From the NCBI GenBank assembly GCA_963734545.1, contig CAVTHO010000005.1:672001-736000 (forward strand): a stretch of DNA of 64,000 bases, written 5' to 3'. Origin of the DNA: an uncultured Spirochaetota bacterium (GTDB taxonomy: Bacteria; Spirochaetota; Spirochaetia; SZUA-6; Fen-1364). The position numbers and the translations under genes were made by a program. Below the pieces are notes generated by a model. It was given only the letters and a program-made list of their open reading frames with translations, did no database searches and was not told the origin of the DNA. Shown here piece by piece: positions 39,620 to 49,444 of this stretch (position 1 is the first letter of the stretch; each line of letters opens with the position of its first letter).

Positions 39620-40582
39620 ATGGCGAAGTCTGACCTTATCGGCGGCACATTGTGGGAAAGCTATTCGGGCAAGGTAAATGACCGTATGCTGCATCCCCGC
39701 CATCTCGGAGAGATCACGGCCGCGGAGGCGGAGAAGCTCAACGCGCGGCTCGTGGTCGCGGATTGGGGCGCCGAGGTCTGCGGAGACGCCATTCGCGCCT
39801 TCTGGGCGGTTCGCGTCTCGGACGGGAGAATCCTGGACGCGAAATTCAAGACATTCGGGTGCGGCACGGCCATCGCGTCCAGCGACATGATGTGCGAGAT
39901 GATCATCGGCAGGACCGTGGACGAGGCAATGAAGATCACCAACATCGACGTCGAGCGGGCCTTGCGCGACGTCGAGGACACCGCCTCGATCCCGCCCCAG
40001 AAAATGCACTGCAGCGTCATGGCGTACGACGTCATCCGGAAGGCGGTTTCCGAATACAAGGGAGTGGACATGGACTCCCTGGAAGAAGAGCAGATCGTCT
40101 GCCAGTGCGCCCGGGTGAGCCTGCGCACCGTGAAGGAGGTGATCCGCGTCAACGACCTGCGGTCCGTGGAAGACATCACCCGCTATACCAAGGCGGGCGC
40201 CTTCTGCAAGTCGTGCATCCGGCCCGGCGGCCACGAGGCGCGCAAGTTCTACCTCGTGGACATACTTGCGGAAACCCGCGCGGAGATGGAAAGGACGGCT
40301 GCTGTGCGCGCACAGCCGAAGAGCTTTGCCGACCTGGGGCTGCTTCAAAAGCACAGGGCGGTCGAGAAGGTACTTGACGAGAAGGTCCGGCCCAATCTCC
40401 TCAAGGATGGCGGAAACCTCGAGGTCATCGACATGAAGGATGCCGACGGGTTCACCGAGGTGTACGTCAAGTATCTTGGCGCCTGCCAGGGATGTCCGAG
40501 CGCGTCCGTGGGGACGCTGGACTATATAGAGGGTTTTCTCAAGGCAGACCTCGATCCCAGAATTCGTGTGTTTCCCGTCTGA
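39620..40582 (+). CDS. nifU: Three-domain NifU Fe-S scaffold
   Basis: CGDA, FGCGTAIASS, KMHCS; CQC...CKSC [2Fe-2S] domain; DGG...GACQGCP Nfu domain. Confidence 0.95.
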   Translation: MAKSDLIGGTLWESYSGKVNDRMLHPRHLGEITAAEAEKLNARLVVADWGAEVCGDAIRAFWAVRVSDGRILDAKFKTFGCGTAIASSDMMCEMIIGRTVDEAMKITNIDVERALRDVEDTASIPPQKMHCSVMAYDVIRKAVSEYKGVDMDSLEEEQIVCQCARVSLRTVKEVIRVNDLRSVEDITRYTKAGAFCKSCIRPGGHEARKFYLVDILAETRAEMERTAAVRAQPKSFADLGLLQKHRAVEKVLDEKVRPNLLKDGGNLEVIDMKDADGFTEVYVKYLGACQGCPSASVGTLDYIEGFLKADLDPRIRVFPV

Positions 40583-40664
40583 CTCTTTGTACTTGACATT
40601 TTGGATATTTCATGAATACTCTGCTTGTGATATAAATCCTCCCAAAGTGACCTAGGAGGGGTGG

Positions 40665-41567
40665 GTGCTGCCTATCCTGCTTGCACTCTTGATTGCCTCT
40701 TTCTCTCTCGGGATCGCTGTCCTCATCCTCAGCATTCTTTCCTTCCTGAGGTCGGGCCGTCTCCCATTCCGGCAATTTGCCTTCTTTTTCTGCGCGGTGC
40801 TCCTCTTCAACCTCCGCGACATACTCGGGCTTTACGAAAGGGCGTTTGCCGGAGTTTTTGGGAGCGCGCTGCCGTTCATCGGGATGATCTTCTCCGCGGC
40901 GGGCAACGGCCTCATGGCGTACATGATCCCCGTCATCGCGTTCAGCATCACCAACCGCGAAATCTCGCAATCACGTTTCGGGGTCCATGTGTTCGCGACG
41001 CTGGCGCTTTCCGTACTGGGTGCCTTTGACAGCCTGTTTCCCGACTCCTTCATTCACCCATTGAATTCCGCAGCGATCGCCTGCATCCAGGTGTACGGAA
41101 TGGCGATACTTTTCCGGGATTTCAGCCGAATCGAAAATCCGGTTGTTCGATCATTCGTGCGTACCGGCCTCATATTCAATTGCGTGATGATTGTGCTTGC
41201 GCTGGCTCAATACTTTGTACGCTCGCTCCGGGTCGACCCTCCCATCCTGCGCGACTATGGATTGATCGAGGCTGCCTGGTACCTCGGCGCTGAAACGCTG
41301 CTGCTTCTATTTGGTCTGAGATATCTGTTCAAGACGGAAGTCAAGCTGGCCTGCGATCTACCGGAAAATTTCGTTCAAAAGTACGGCATATCGCCCCGGG
41401 AATGCGAGATCGTCTCAATGATGGTCCAGGGCTTTGGCAACAGGAAGATCGGTGAGACGCTATTCATTTCAGCGCTGACCGTGAAAAATCATGTCCATCA
41501 CATTTATCAAAAAACCGGTGCCACGAACAAAATCCGGCTCGTCAACTTGATAAACTCGTCAAAATGA
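40665..41567 (+). CDS. Membrane-bound (about 7 TM) LuxR-family regulator
   Basis: Hydrophobic N-terminal 220 aa; YGISPRECEI...GFGNRKIGETLFISALTVKNHVHHIYQK HTH; AGGAGG RBS. Confidence 0.9.
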   Translation: MLPILLALLIASFSLGIAVLILSILSFLRSGRLPFRQFAFFFCAVLLFNLRDILGLYERAFAGVFGSALPFIGMIFSAAGNGLMAYMIPVIAFSITNREISQSRFGVHVFATLALSVLGAFDSLFPDSFIHPLNSAAIACIQVYGMAILFRDFSRIENPVVRSFVRTGLIFNCVMIVLALAQYFVRSLRVDPPILRDYGLIEAAWYLGAETLLLLFGLRYLFKTEVKLACDLPENFVQKYGISPRECEIVSMMVQGFGNRKIGETLFISALTVKNHVHHIYQKTGATNKIRLVNLINSSK

Positions 41568-41613
41568 GACTTTTGGACTATTGCGCTTCGCGTGGGTCCA
41601 TGCATAATAAAGG

Positions 41614-41727
41614 CATAAAGTAAGAGCGCCAGCAGGAAGGTATTTTAAAAAGTCAAATTAAAAGTGGATCAAAAGGCAAAAAGTATTTCGATTGTAAAAG
41701 CGGGGTACTTTCCTGCTGGCGGTTTTT
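41614..41727 (+). ncRNA. Candidate structured small RNA
   Basis: Promoter-like TTGCGC-N16-CATAAT (41581-41608); 20-bp stem 41627-41646/41702-41721 with five G-U pairs that form only on + strand; U-tract 41723-41727; no ORF. Confidence 0.4.
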
Positions 41728-41755
41728 GGAAAAGTTTTCTCTGGTTTTCGATTCC

Positions 41756-42768
41756 CTACTGTCCCTGCAGCAATTCCAGCATTGCCGCAATGTTCTCCGG
41801 CCGGGCGTCTCTCGGTATGTCGTGCGCGGGCGCGGCAATATAGCCGCCGCCTTTGCCAATACGCTGGATGAGGCGGGTGACCTCATCCTTCACCTGCGTC
41901 ACTGAACCATAGGGAAGAGTCTTCTGCGTGCTGATCCCCCCGAAGAAAGTCATCCGCGCGCCGTGCCGCTGCTTGATCCCCTCGACATCCAGCACCTCGG
42001 GCTGAAAAGGGTTGAACGCGTCGACGCCGCACTCGATGAGGTCAGGGAAGAGCTCGTCGACCTTCCCGCAGCTGTGGATGAATACCTTTTTGCCCCGGGA
42101 CTTCACCAGTCCGTACAGTTTCCTGATCCGCGGCTTGATGAACTCGCGCCACAGCGCCGGACCCATGATCACACCCCGTTGGTGCCCCCAGTCGTCGCCG
42201 AACCGCATGCCGTCAATGTCGAAGCTGAGCGCCGTGCGGGTCACGGCGAGCGCGTGCTCCAGGATGGCGTCCAGCAGGTCGTTGATGAACGCCTTGTCAT
42301 CCATCATGGCAACCAGGACGTTCTCCATCCCGGCAAGGGTCCACGCGCGCTCGAACAGCGAGAATCCCAGGGAGGCAAGCACAAATTTTTCCCCCGCTGC
42401 CGGATCGCCGAGGGCAGTCCGGCAAAGCGCGCAGGGTCCTCCGGATCCGGAAACACGTACTGCCGGAACGTCTCCGGGGTGATGCGGATGTTGCAGACGC
42501 TGCCGATGTCCGTATCGATCGACTTGTCCCACTGTACGCCGAACTCGTCCACCTCCACTCCGGGCCGGCCGGGCACGCCGCGCTGCGGAGGCGCGGTGTC
42601 GACGAGGACCAGGCAGTTCTGCAGCCGGGACTCGAAATCGGGATCTCCATAGTACTCGATCATCTTCCGCCGGGCCGGTGCCGTGAAGGTAACGTGGTAG
42701 GGGGTGACGTCGGGCTGCCGGTGCTCCAGGGACGCAATGACGCGCTCACGCGGGGTCATGGATGTCAT
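41756..42768 (-). CDS. Uroporphyrinogen decarboxylase/MtaA-family TIM-barrel protein; apparent frameshift near 42400
   Basis: MTPRERV...H..PD, DEFGVQW, LFERAW, GDDWG.Q, FIHSCG, GGISTQ, GGYI.APAH. Confidence 0.85.
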
Positions 42769-42904
42769 GTGACTCATGAGAGTAGCGGAAAGTCTCCCCG
42801 GTGGACAGGCCGGGTTTCTCACCGACGGCACGCCCGCCCTGCTTGACCGGATCGTGCGGAATGCCGACCTTACTAATCGCGCACGCTCACGAGAAGGAGG
42901 GGGT

Positions 42905-43549
42905 ATGGGTAAGATTGCCGGCGTCGTGGGGCTGCTCCTGCTCATTGCCTGCGGTGTCGCATTCTCTGCCGACAATGCGTCCATCATCTATATCGAGGGA
43001 GATGTCACGCTGAACGGCGCGCCCGCCTCCGTGGGTGATGCCGTTGCGGCGGGGGCAACGCTCCGGACCTCCCCTGGCTCGCTCTGCCAGGTCGTCTTCA
43101 ATACGCGGAACATCGTCCACATGACCGGCGACACTGTTCTCCGGTTCGATCCGAATCAGCTTTCCCGCGGAGCAACCCTCGAGAAGGGGGCAATCGCCAT
43201 GGTGCTCCGCAATCTCTCTGCGGTAAGGGGCAGCGAGGTTCGATTCAGCATCAAGACCTCGACCACGGTCGCGGGGGTGAGAGGGACGTGCTTTTTCGTG
43301 AAAGTCGAGGACCCCGACAACACTTTCATCTGCTGCTGCAATGGCGCCATCCGCCTGGAGGGTGACGGGGGAGCGTTCTCGCAGAACCTTACATCGCCCC
43401 ATCACCAGGAGGTGCGCGTGACGCGCGCCCCGACCGGTCTTTCCGTCGGCGCCGCCCCGATGCTCTACCATTCCGACGGAGATGTCGAGGCGATCGCCGC
43501 ACGAATCGGCGAGAAGATCGACTGGACAAAGGTGGACCGCCAGCCCTGA
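42905..43549 (+). CDS. Exported FecR-domain (LipL45-like) protein
   Basis: Signal peptide, YIEGDV, KTSTTVAGVRGT.F.V; AAGGAGG RBS. Confidence 0.8.
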   Translation: MGKIAGVVGLLLLIACGVAFSADNASIIYIEGDVTLNGAPASVGDAVAAGATLRTSPGSLCQVVFNTRNIVHMTGDTVLRFDPNQLSRGATLEKGAIAMVLRNLSAVRGSEVRFSIKTSTTVAGVRGTCFFVKVEDPDNTFICCCNGAIRLEGDGGAFSQNLTSPHHQEVRVTRAPTGLSVGAAPMLYHSDGDVEAIAARIGEKIDWTKVDRQP

Positions 43550-43560
43550 TCCCTCCCCCG

Positions 43561-44658
43561 TCACGAGGGGGTATAGGAAACGATCTCCCCTGCGGCCTGG
43601 TTTGTCGCGAAGATACGGTCGATGCCCTCATGACGCGCGATCAGCATGTTCGCTGCGCCGGCGCCGGGGTCGATCACATGCCGTCGGGGACTGGCAACGC
43701 CTTTGGAGCGGCCCGACAGGGGTGCATCGAATTCGAACAGGAGGAGATCACGGCTCCCCGCCCGGTTGCTGACCAGGATTGTGCGCACCCCGTTGAGCAT
43801 TCCGGCCAGCAGGCAATGTCCGAATTCGAGCTCCGTTTCCCATGCCAGCTGCCATCGGCTGCGGACCCGCTTGTAGAGACGGGCGGAACTGCCGTGGAAG
43901 GGCTCGATAGTGATCAGCTCCTCGGTGCCGTCGCCGTCGATATCCGCAACGGCAATCTCGCTGACTTCCCGGCCCAGGACCTGCTGGAAATGCCAATCGT
44001 CTCCGCCGGAGTCGAGATCCGCCGCGAAGAGGCCCTCCGTGCCGGAAACCAGCACCGAGGGTCTGCCCATGAAGCGCGCGACAAGGAGGCCGTGATTACG
44101 ATGAAGGCCTTCGAGAACGGGAGCGAGCTCCCAGCTCTCCCCGCCGGTCCGGGGCACGCGGGAGGCGTAGAGGCTCCCCGGCCTGGACCAGTCGGCAGGG
44201 TCGCTCTTGTCGGCGGCGAGAGTTGCCGCGATCAGGAACCGGGACCCGCCGCGTTCGACGAAGTCGATTCGATGCGCGAAGGGAAGCTCGATTATTTTTT
44301 CCGCCGCGTTCTCCGGCCCGGGGCCGATCCGGTAGATGCCTCCTGTCTGGAACTTGTAGCCGAGAAAGCACCCCATGATGGCGAACAGGGTATCGGGCCG
44401 TTCATTGTCCGCGACGAGCGCCATGCATCCGCCCGGACCGGGCACCATCTCCACCGCCTCCTGAAACGGCGGGCACGCGAGCAGGATCGGGCCGTGATCC
44501 TCCGTGGCAGCCACCACGCACCGTTTCCCGTTGCGGACCACGATTCCGAGCGGGTACGGCATATGCAGCTTCGCAAGCGAGTGCTTCCTGAACTCCACCA
44601 GGGACGACCTCCCTCTCGGCCCGGGCAGGACCGTGCCGGGCTTGGACACATCCTCCAC
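43561..44658 (-). CDS. Cytoplasmic beta-propeller-like hypothetical protein with FG-GAP/VCBS-like motif
   Basis: DIDGDGTEEL..IEPFHG; conserved-looking His motifs PFAHR, HRNHG, FGH; no signal peptide. Confidence 0.7.
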   Translation of the reverse strand: MEDVSKPGTVLPGPRGRSSLVEFRKHSLAKLHMPYPLGIVVRNGKRCVVAATEDHGPILLACPPFQEAVEMVPGPGGCMALVADNERPDTLFAIMGCFLGYKFQTGGIYRIGPGPENAAEKIIELPFAHRIDFVERGGSRFLIAATLAADKSDPADWSRPGSLYASRVPRTGGESWELAPVLEGLHRNHGLLVARFMGRPSVLVSGTEGLFAADLDSGGDDWHFQQVLGREVSEIAVADIDGDGTEELITIEPFHGSSARLYKRVRSRWQLAWETELEFGHCLLAGMLNGVRTILVSNRAGSRDLLLFEFDAPLSGRSKGVASPRRHVIDPGAGAANMLIARHEGIDRIFATNQAAGEIVSYTPS

Positions 44659-44696
44659 GCGATTGTATGTTATGGCAAGCGTCTTTGGAGGTCACA

Positions 44697-45569
44697 ATGG
44701 CAGCAGGTACCGGATTCGTGGGGCTCGGCATCATGGGACGTCCGATGGCGACGAACCTCGCGAAGAGCTTCCCGGTCATCGGCTACGACGTGGACGAATC
44801 CCGATTCCGGGGCATGGCAGGAGTCACGCGGGCAGCCACCCTCGCCGAGCTTGCCCGGCAATGCAGGGCGGTCTGTCTGTCCCTCCCGAGCGCGGCAGTG
44901 GTCGAGGAAGTGACGATCGGCAGCCGCGGGCTGGCCGAAAACCTGTCAGCGGGATCGCTCGTGATCGACCTCAGCACGAGCCTGCCCTCGGTTTCCCGGC
45001 GCATCGCGGCGCGTCTCGCCGAAAAAGGCATCGAGTTCGCGGACGCCCCGGTCAGCGGGGGGGAAGCCGGCGCAAGAACCGGGGCCCTGGCCATCATGGT
45101 AGGCGCATCGGCCGGGACCTTTGCGCGCTGCGTGCCGCTTCTCTCGTCAATCGGGAAATCCGTCGTGCGCGTCGGCGAGGTCGGCGCAGGCGGAGTGGCC
45201 AAGCTGGTGAACAACATGATCGTCGCGTCGACATTCGCCGTGATCGCCGAGGGGTTCGCCCTGGCGGCGCGGAACGGCGTCGATCCGCAGGTTCTGTACG
45301 ACTCGATCCGCGAGGGATGGGCAGGATCGAAGGTGCTCGACGTCAGCGCGGCCGCGATAGTCGCGCGCGACTACACGCCGGGCGGCACGATCGACATGAT
45401 GGAAAAAGACCTCGGCTATGCGAGAGTTCTCGCCACCGAGGGCCGTGTCCCCATTCCCATGACGGCGGCGGCGCATGAGATCTTTGTCGCCGGCCAGGCG
45501 GCCGGGAAGGGCCGCTCCGCGCAGCCGGCCATAATCGAGCTCTGGCGGGACAGAGGAGGCGATGCATGA
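44697..45569 (+). CDS. Beta-hydroxyacid dehydrogenase (GarR/MmsB family)
   Basis: GFVGLGIMGRPMA, DAPVSGG, KLVNN, KDL. Confidence 0.92.
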   Translation: MAAGTGFVGLGIMGRPMATNLAKSFPVIGYDVDESRFRGMAGVTRAATLAELARQCRAVCLSLPSAAVVEEVTIGSRGLAENLSAGSLVIDLSTSLPSVSRRIAARLAEKGIEFADAPVSGGEAGARTGALAIMVGASAGTFARCVPLLSSIGKSVVRVGEVGAGGVAKLVNNMIVASTFAVIAEGFALAARNGVDPQVLYDSIREGWAGSKVLDVSAAAIVARDYTPGGTIDMMEKDLGYARVLATEGRVPIPMTAAAHEIFVAGQAAGKGRSAQPAIIELWRDRGGDA

Positions 45570-46018
45570 CCATTGCCCTGGGCGCGGATGATGCCGCCTA
45601 TGGACTGAAAGAGATCATCAAGAGCTACCTCGAAACGCTCCATGTCGACGTGACGGACTACGGGGTATTCGACACCCGTCCCTCGCTGTATCCGGATATC
45701 GCCGTGAAGGTGGCGGTTGCGATCTCCGAGGGAAAGCATGAGCGCGGCATCCTCATGTGCGGGACGGGCCTGGGCATGGCCATTACGGCGAACAAGGTTC
45801 CCGGCATCAGGGCGGCAACGTGCCACGATACCTATTCCGCCGAGCGCGCCCGCAAGAGCAACAACGCCCAGATCCTGACCATGGGCGCGCGCGTGATCGG
45901 GCCCGAGCTGGCAAAGAAGGTTGTCGATGCCTGGCTCGAGTCGGAGTTCGAGGGCGGCGGCTCGGCCCCGAAAGTGCAGCTGATCAACGAGTACGAGAAG
46001 AAACTGCATCAAAAATAG
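45566..46018 (+). CDS. rpiB: RpiB/LacA-B family sugar-phosphate isomerase
   Basis: YPD, GILMCGTGLGMAITANKVPGIRA, NNAQ.L.MGARVIG, FEGG. Confidence 0.9.
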   Translation: MTIALGADDAAYGLKEIIKSYLETLHVDVTDYGVFDTRPSLYPDIAVKVAVAISEGKHERGILMCGTGLGMAITANKVPGIRAATCHDTYSAERARKSNNAQILTMGARVIGPELAKKVVDAWLESEFEGGGSAPKVQLINEYEKKLHQK

Positions 46019-46054
46019 GCTGACACGGTTCCAACGGCCGACGGGGAGGTTTGC

Positions 46055-46534
46055 ATGGCTGCGGTCGATGTGCATGAGATTGTCGGACTGATCCTCGACG
46101 TGCTCGGGGAGGCGTTCGAGGGTCCGAAGGAGCGATGGAGCTATTTCACGGACAACCGCAGCGATGCGGGCCTGTTCGGCACCCTGGGGCGGCTTGCCGC
46201 GGCGGATGCGTCCCGCATCCGGGGGAAGACCAGCATCGCCGCCCACGTGCACCACGTCATTTTCGGACTGAACGCCTCGTCCCGGTGGATCGCGGGGGAT
46301 CGAACGACACGCAACTGGAAAGAGAGCTGGAGCACCGGCAGCGTGGATGACGAGGAATGGGCGCGCATGCGCGAGAAGCTCAGGGCAAGCTACCAGGACA
46401 TGCGGAGGGACATCGAGCTGTACGCGAGCTCCAGCAAGGAGTCGATGGGCGGAGTGATCGGCGCCCTGGCCCACGTGGCCTACCACCTGGGGGCAATCAG
46501 GCAGAAGGTCTCTTTCGACGCGGCGGCGGGATGA
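46055..46534 (+). CDS. DinB/YfiT family protein
   Basis: SIAAHVHH and AHVAYHLGAIRQ His motifs. Confidence 0.8.
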   Translation: MAAVDVHEIVGLILDVLGEAFEGPKERWSYFTDNRSDAGLFGTLGRLAAADASRIRGKTSIAAHVHHVIFGLNASSRWIAGDRTTRNWKESWSTGSVDDEEWARMREKLRASYQDMRRDIELYASSSKESMGGVIGALAHVAYHLGAIRQKVSFDAAAG

Positions 46535-46574
46535 GCCTCGACACGAATCGCAAAGGCGTGCATCATCTCGCGTT

Positions 46575-47228
46575 ATGACGGAAGTCCGCATTGCCGCGCT
46601 GGTCGGCGATTTCTATCATGAAGCGGGTCCCCTGCGCACCGCCCTTGAAGCGGCAGCGAAGGGACAGGGCTGCACCATCGATTTTTTCGCCGATCCGGCT
46701 GCCGGACCGTGGGACAGGCTCTCGCAGTACTCACTGCTCGTCATGGCGCGGGAAGGCCGGATCGCTCCCCGCGAGTCCAATGCGGTGTGGAATACGGAGC
46801 GCCACGAGCGTGCCATTGCCGGGTTCGTTGCGGCAGGCGGAGGCCTCGTGGGGCTGCACGCGGGTCTGGCCTATCCCCACAAGGGGATCTATGGCCAGAC
46901 GCTGCACGGGAGCTTCGCCTACCATCCCGAAGAGCACCCCGTGTTCCGGGTCCGCCCGCTCGACGCGGGACACGTCCTGCTGGACGGCTTCCAGGAGTTC
47001 GCCGTACGGGACGAGATGTACTTCATCCGCGTGGATTCCACCCAGACAACGCGGCTGCTCGAGGTCGCTGCTCCGGACTACGGGAGCTCCACTGCTGCCT
47101 GGGCGCATGCATACGGAAAGGGCAGGGTCTTCTGCTTCACGCCGGGGCACTACAGCGAAGTGCTGGCGGATCCCGCGTACCTCCGTTTTCTTGCCCGGGG
47201 AATCCAGTGGGCCCTGGGGCGCCTCTAG
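46575..47228 (+). CDS. ThuA-like (class I glutamine amidotransferase-like fold) protein
   Basis: GD.YH, GGGLVGLHAG, DEMY, YGKGRVF..TPGH. Confidence 0.85.
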   Translation: MTEVRIAALVGDFYHEAGPLRTALEAAAKGQGCTIDFFADPAAGPWDRLSQYSLLVMAREGRIAPRESNAVWNTERHERAIAGFVAAGGGLVGLHAGLAYPHKGIYGQTLHGSFAYHPEEHPVFRVRPLDAGHVLLDGFQEFAVRDEMYFIRVDSTQTTRLLEVAAPDYGSSTAAWAHAYGKGRVFCFTPGHYSEVLADPAYLRFLARGIQWALGRL

Positions 47229-47240
47229 AGCTCCCTCGTC

Positions 47241-48626
47241 ATGTCCGCGGCACACTGGGCGCAGGGCTCGGTCTTCTACCACATCTATCCTCTTGGCCAG
47301 TGCGCGGCACCTGAGCGCAACGATTTCATCTCATCCCCGCAGCCGAGAATCGAGACGCTCCATGCCTGGCTCGTGCATGCGCGGCAGCTGGGCGCAAACG
47401 CGCTGTACCTGGGGCCGCTGTTCGAGTCATCCACGCACGGCTATGACACGGCGGACTATTTCCGCGTCGATCGGCGGCTGGGACGCAACGAGGACCTCAG
47501 CCGCTTCTGCCGCGCGGCGCATGAGGCGGGCATGCGCGTCATCTTCGACGCCGTGTTCAATCATGTCGGGCGGGCGTTCTGGGCCTTCGCGGACCTTCTG
47601 CAGAAGGGGAAGAACTCCGCGTACACGGCGTGGTTTCAGGGCGTGGATTTCGGCCGGCGCAGCCCGCACGGCGATCCATTCGCCTACGAGGGGTGGAACG
47701 GGCATTACGGCCTCGTGAAGCTCGATGTGCGCAATCCTGAAGTGAAGGAGCATCTCTTTGCCGCGGTGGCGCGGTGGGTGGAGGAGTTTCAGATCGACGG
47801 GCTGCGGCTGGATGCCGCCGACTGCATCGACATGGGATTTCTCCAGGAGCTCGCCTCGTTCACCCATCGCGCGTGGCCCGGGTTCTGGCTCCTTGGTGAA
47901 ATCATTCACGGCGACTACCGGCGGTGGGCAAATCCCGCGACCCTCGACTCCGTCACCAACTACGAATGCTACAAGGGTCTGTATTCCAGCCACGTGGACG
48001 ACAACTTCTTCGAGATCGCTTATTCGCTGAACCGGCAGTTCGGACCGACCGGGCTCTATCGCGGTCTTCCCCTCTACAGCTTTGCCGACAACCATGACGT
48101 GAACAGGGTGGCCAGCTCGCTGAAGGATCCTGCCGACCTGGGCACGCTGTATTGTCTTCTCTTCACCATGCCCGGCGTGCCCTCGATCTACTATGGAAGC
48201 GAGTGGGGAATTGCCGGCGTGAAGGACGGCTCGGATCGGCCGCTCCGGCCCGCCCTGGAGCTCCCTGTCGTCGCCCGGGAGAGCCCGCACCGGTGGCTGG
48301 CGGAGGTCGTGAAGCGGCTCGCCGGAGTCCGTCACGAGAGTCCCGCGCTGCAGGAGGGCGACTATTCGCAGCTTCACGTTGCGGCACGCCAGATCGCGTT
48401 CCTCCGCTGCAGTCCCCGGGAGTCGGTCCTTGTCGCGGTGAATGCGGGCCCGCAGCCCGTGTCCCTGGATTGCGAGGTGCCCCGGCTCGCCGACGGTCCG
48501 GTCTTCGACCTTCTGGAGCCGGGGAGGTCGTTCATGGTTTCCCGCGGAAAGATCCGGATAGAAAGCGTTCCTGCCCGGTGGGCGAGGATCCTCAGCACCA
48601 CGGGCCGTGCGCAGGAGAACAAATGA
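47241..48626 (+). CDS. GH13 alpha-amylase family (cyclomaltodextrinase/neopullulanase-like)
   Basis: HGYDT.DY, DAVFNH, DGLRLDAA, GEIIH, DNHD, GVPSIYYG. Confidence 0.93.
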   Translation: MSAAHWAQGSVFYHIYPLGQCAAPERNDFISSPQPRIETLHAWLVHARQLGANALYLGPLFESSTHGYDTADYFRVDRRLGRNEDLSRFCRAAHEAGMRVIFDAVFNHVGRAFWAFADLLQKGKNSAYTAWFQGVDFGRRSPHGDPFAYEGWNGHYGLVKLDVRNPEVKEHLFAAVARWVEEFQIDGLRLDAADCIDMGFLQELASFTHRAWPGFWLLGEIIHGDYRRWANPATLDSVTNYECYKGLYSSHVDDNFFEIAYSLNRQFGPTGLYRGLPLYSFADNHDVNRVASSLKDPADLGTLYCLLFTMPGVPSIYYGSEWGIAGVKDGSDRPLRPALELPVVARESPHRWLAEVVKRLAGVRHESPALQEGDYSQLHVAARQIAFLRCSPRESVLVAVNAGPQPVSLDCEVPRLADGPVFDLLEPGRSFMVSRGKIRIESVPARWARILSTTGRAQENK

Positions 48627-49408
48627 CAGGCGAAATATCACCCCGATACCTGAAGACCATGCTCTCCGCCGCGCGCCGGGCCGGCGCGATCGTGAGACGC
48701 CACTACCTTTCAGAGACCCTGGATGTGCGCAAGAAGTCCGGCCAGGGAGACCTGGTGTCCGCCGCGGACCTTGAAGCAGAAGCGGAAATACTCTCGATCC
48801 TTCGCCGCGCGTTTCCGGACGCGTCCCTGGTGGCCGAGGAAAGCGGCGGCTCCCATGAGTCGGGAGCGGCTTTCTACGTGGACCCCGTGGATGGGACGCT
48901 GAACTTCGTTCACGGGGTCCCCTTCTTCGCCATATCGATCGGCTGCTGGATCGACGGCGCAGGGGCCGCGGGGGTCGTGCTCAACCCGCGGAGCGGTGAC
49001 GTGTACACCGCCGTGCGCGGGGCAGGCGCGTACAAGAATGGAAAACCGATCAGGGTGTCCGGGGCCCCCTTCCTGAAGGATGCTCTCATCGCCACGGGCT
49101 GGCCCTACGACCGGGTCAACCGGGCCCGGCTCTTCGCCGAAATGGACAGGCTCTACGTGGAGTCCCAGGAGCTTCGCGCCCTCGGCTGCGCGAGTCTCGG
49201 GTTCTGCCTTGTTGCTGAAGGGGCCTGCGACGGGTACTGGGAGCGGGAGCTCAAGCCGTGGGACATGGCGGCCGGGGCCCTCATCGTCGTCGAGGCGGGC
49301 GGGACCGTCTCCTCGCCTGCAGGCGGCGCGTTCGATCTCGGTTCGGGCGGGGTGGCTGCGTCGAACGGCCGCATCCACGCGGAGCTCGTTGCCGCGCTGC
49401 GCGCATAA
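48623..49408 (+). CDS. suhB: Inositol monophosphatase family protein
   Basis: DLVSAAD, EE, VDPVDGTLNF, WD.AAG. Confidence 0.88.
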   Translation: MTGEISPRYLKTMLSAARRAGAIVRRHYLSETLDVRKKSGQGDLVSAADLEAEAEILSILRRAFPDASLVAEESGGSHESGAAFYVDPVDGTLNFVHGVPFFAISIGCWIDGAGAAGVVLNPRSGDVYTAVRGAGAYKNGKPIRVSGAPFLKDALIATGWPYDRVNRARLFAEMDRLYVESQELRALGCASLGFCLVAEGACDGYWERELKPWDMAAGALIVVEAGGTVSSPAGGAFDLGSGGVAASNGRIHAELVAALRA

Positions 49409-49444
49409 CGGACACCGGCCCCCGCGCCTCGCCGGGCCGGGGCC

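Noticed and set aside
41627-41721. SRP RNA, 6S RNA, tRNA or a CsrB/RsmZ RNA
   Set aside because: It lacks the SRP GNRA-loop domain, the 6S length and central bubble, a cloverleaf, and multiple loop GGA motifs. It is kept only as an unclassified candidate.
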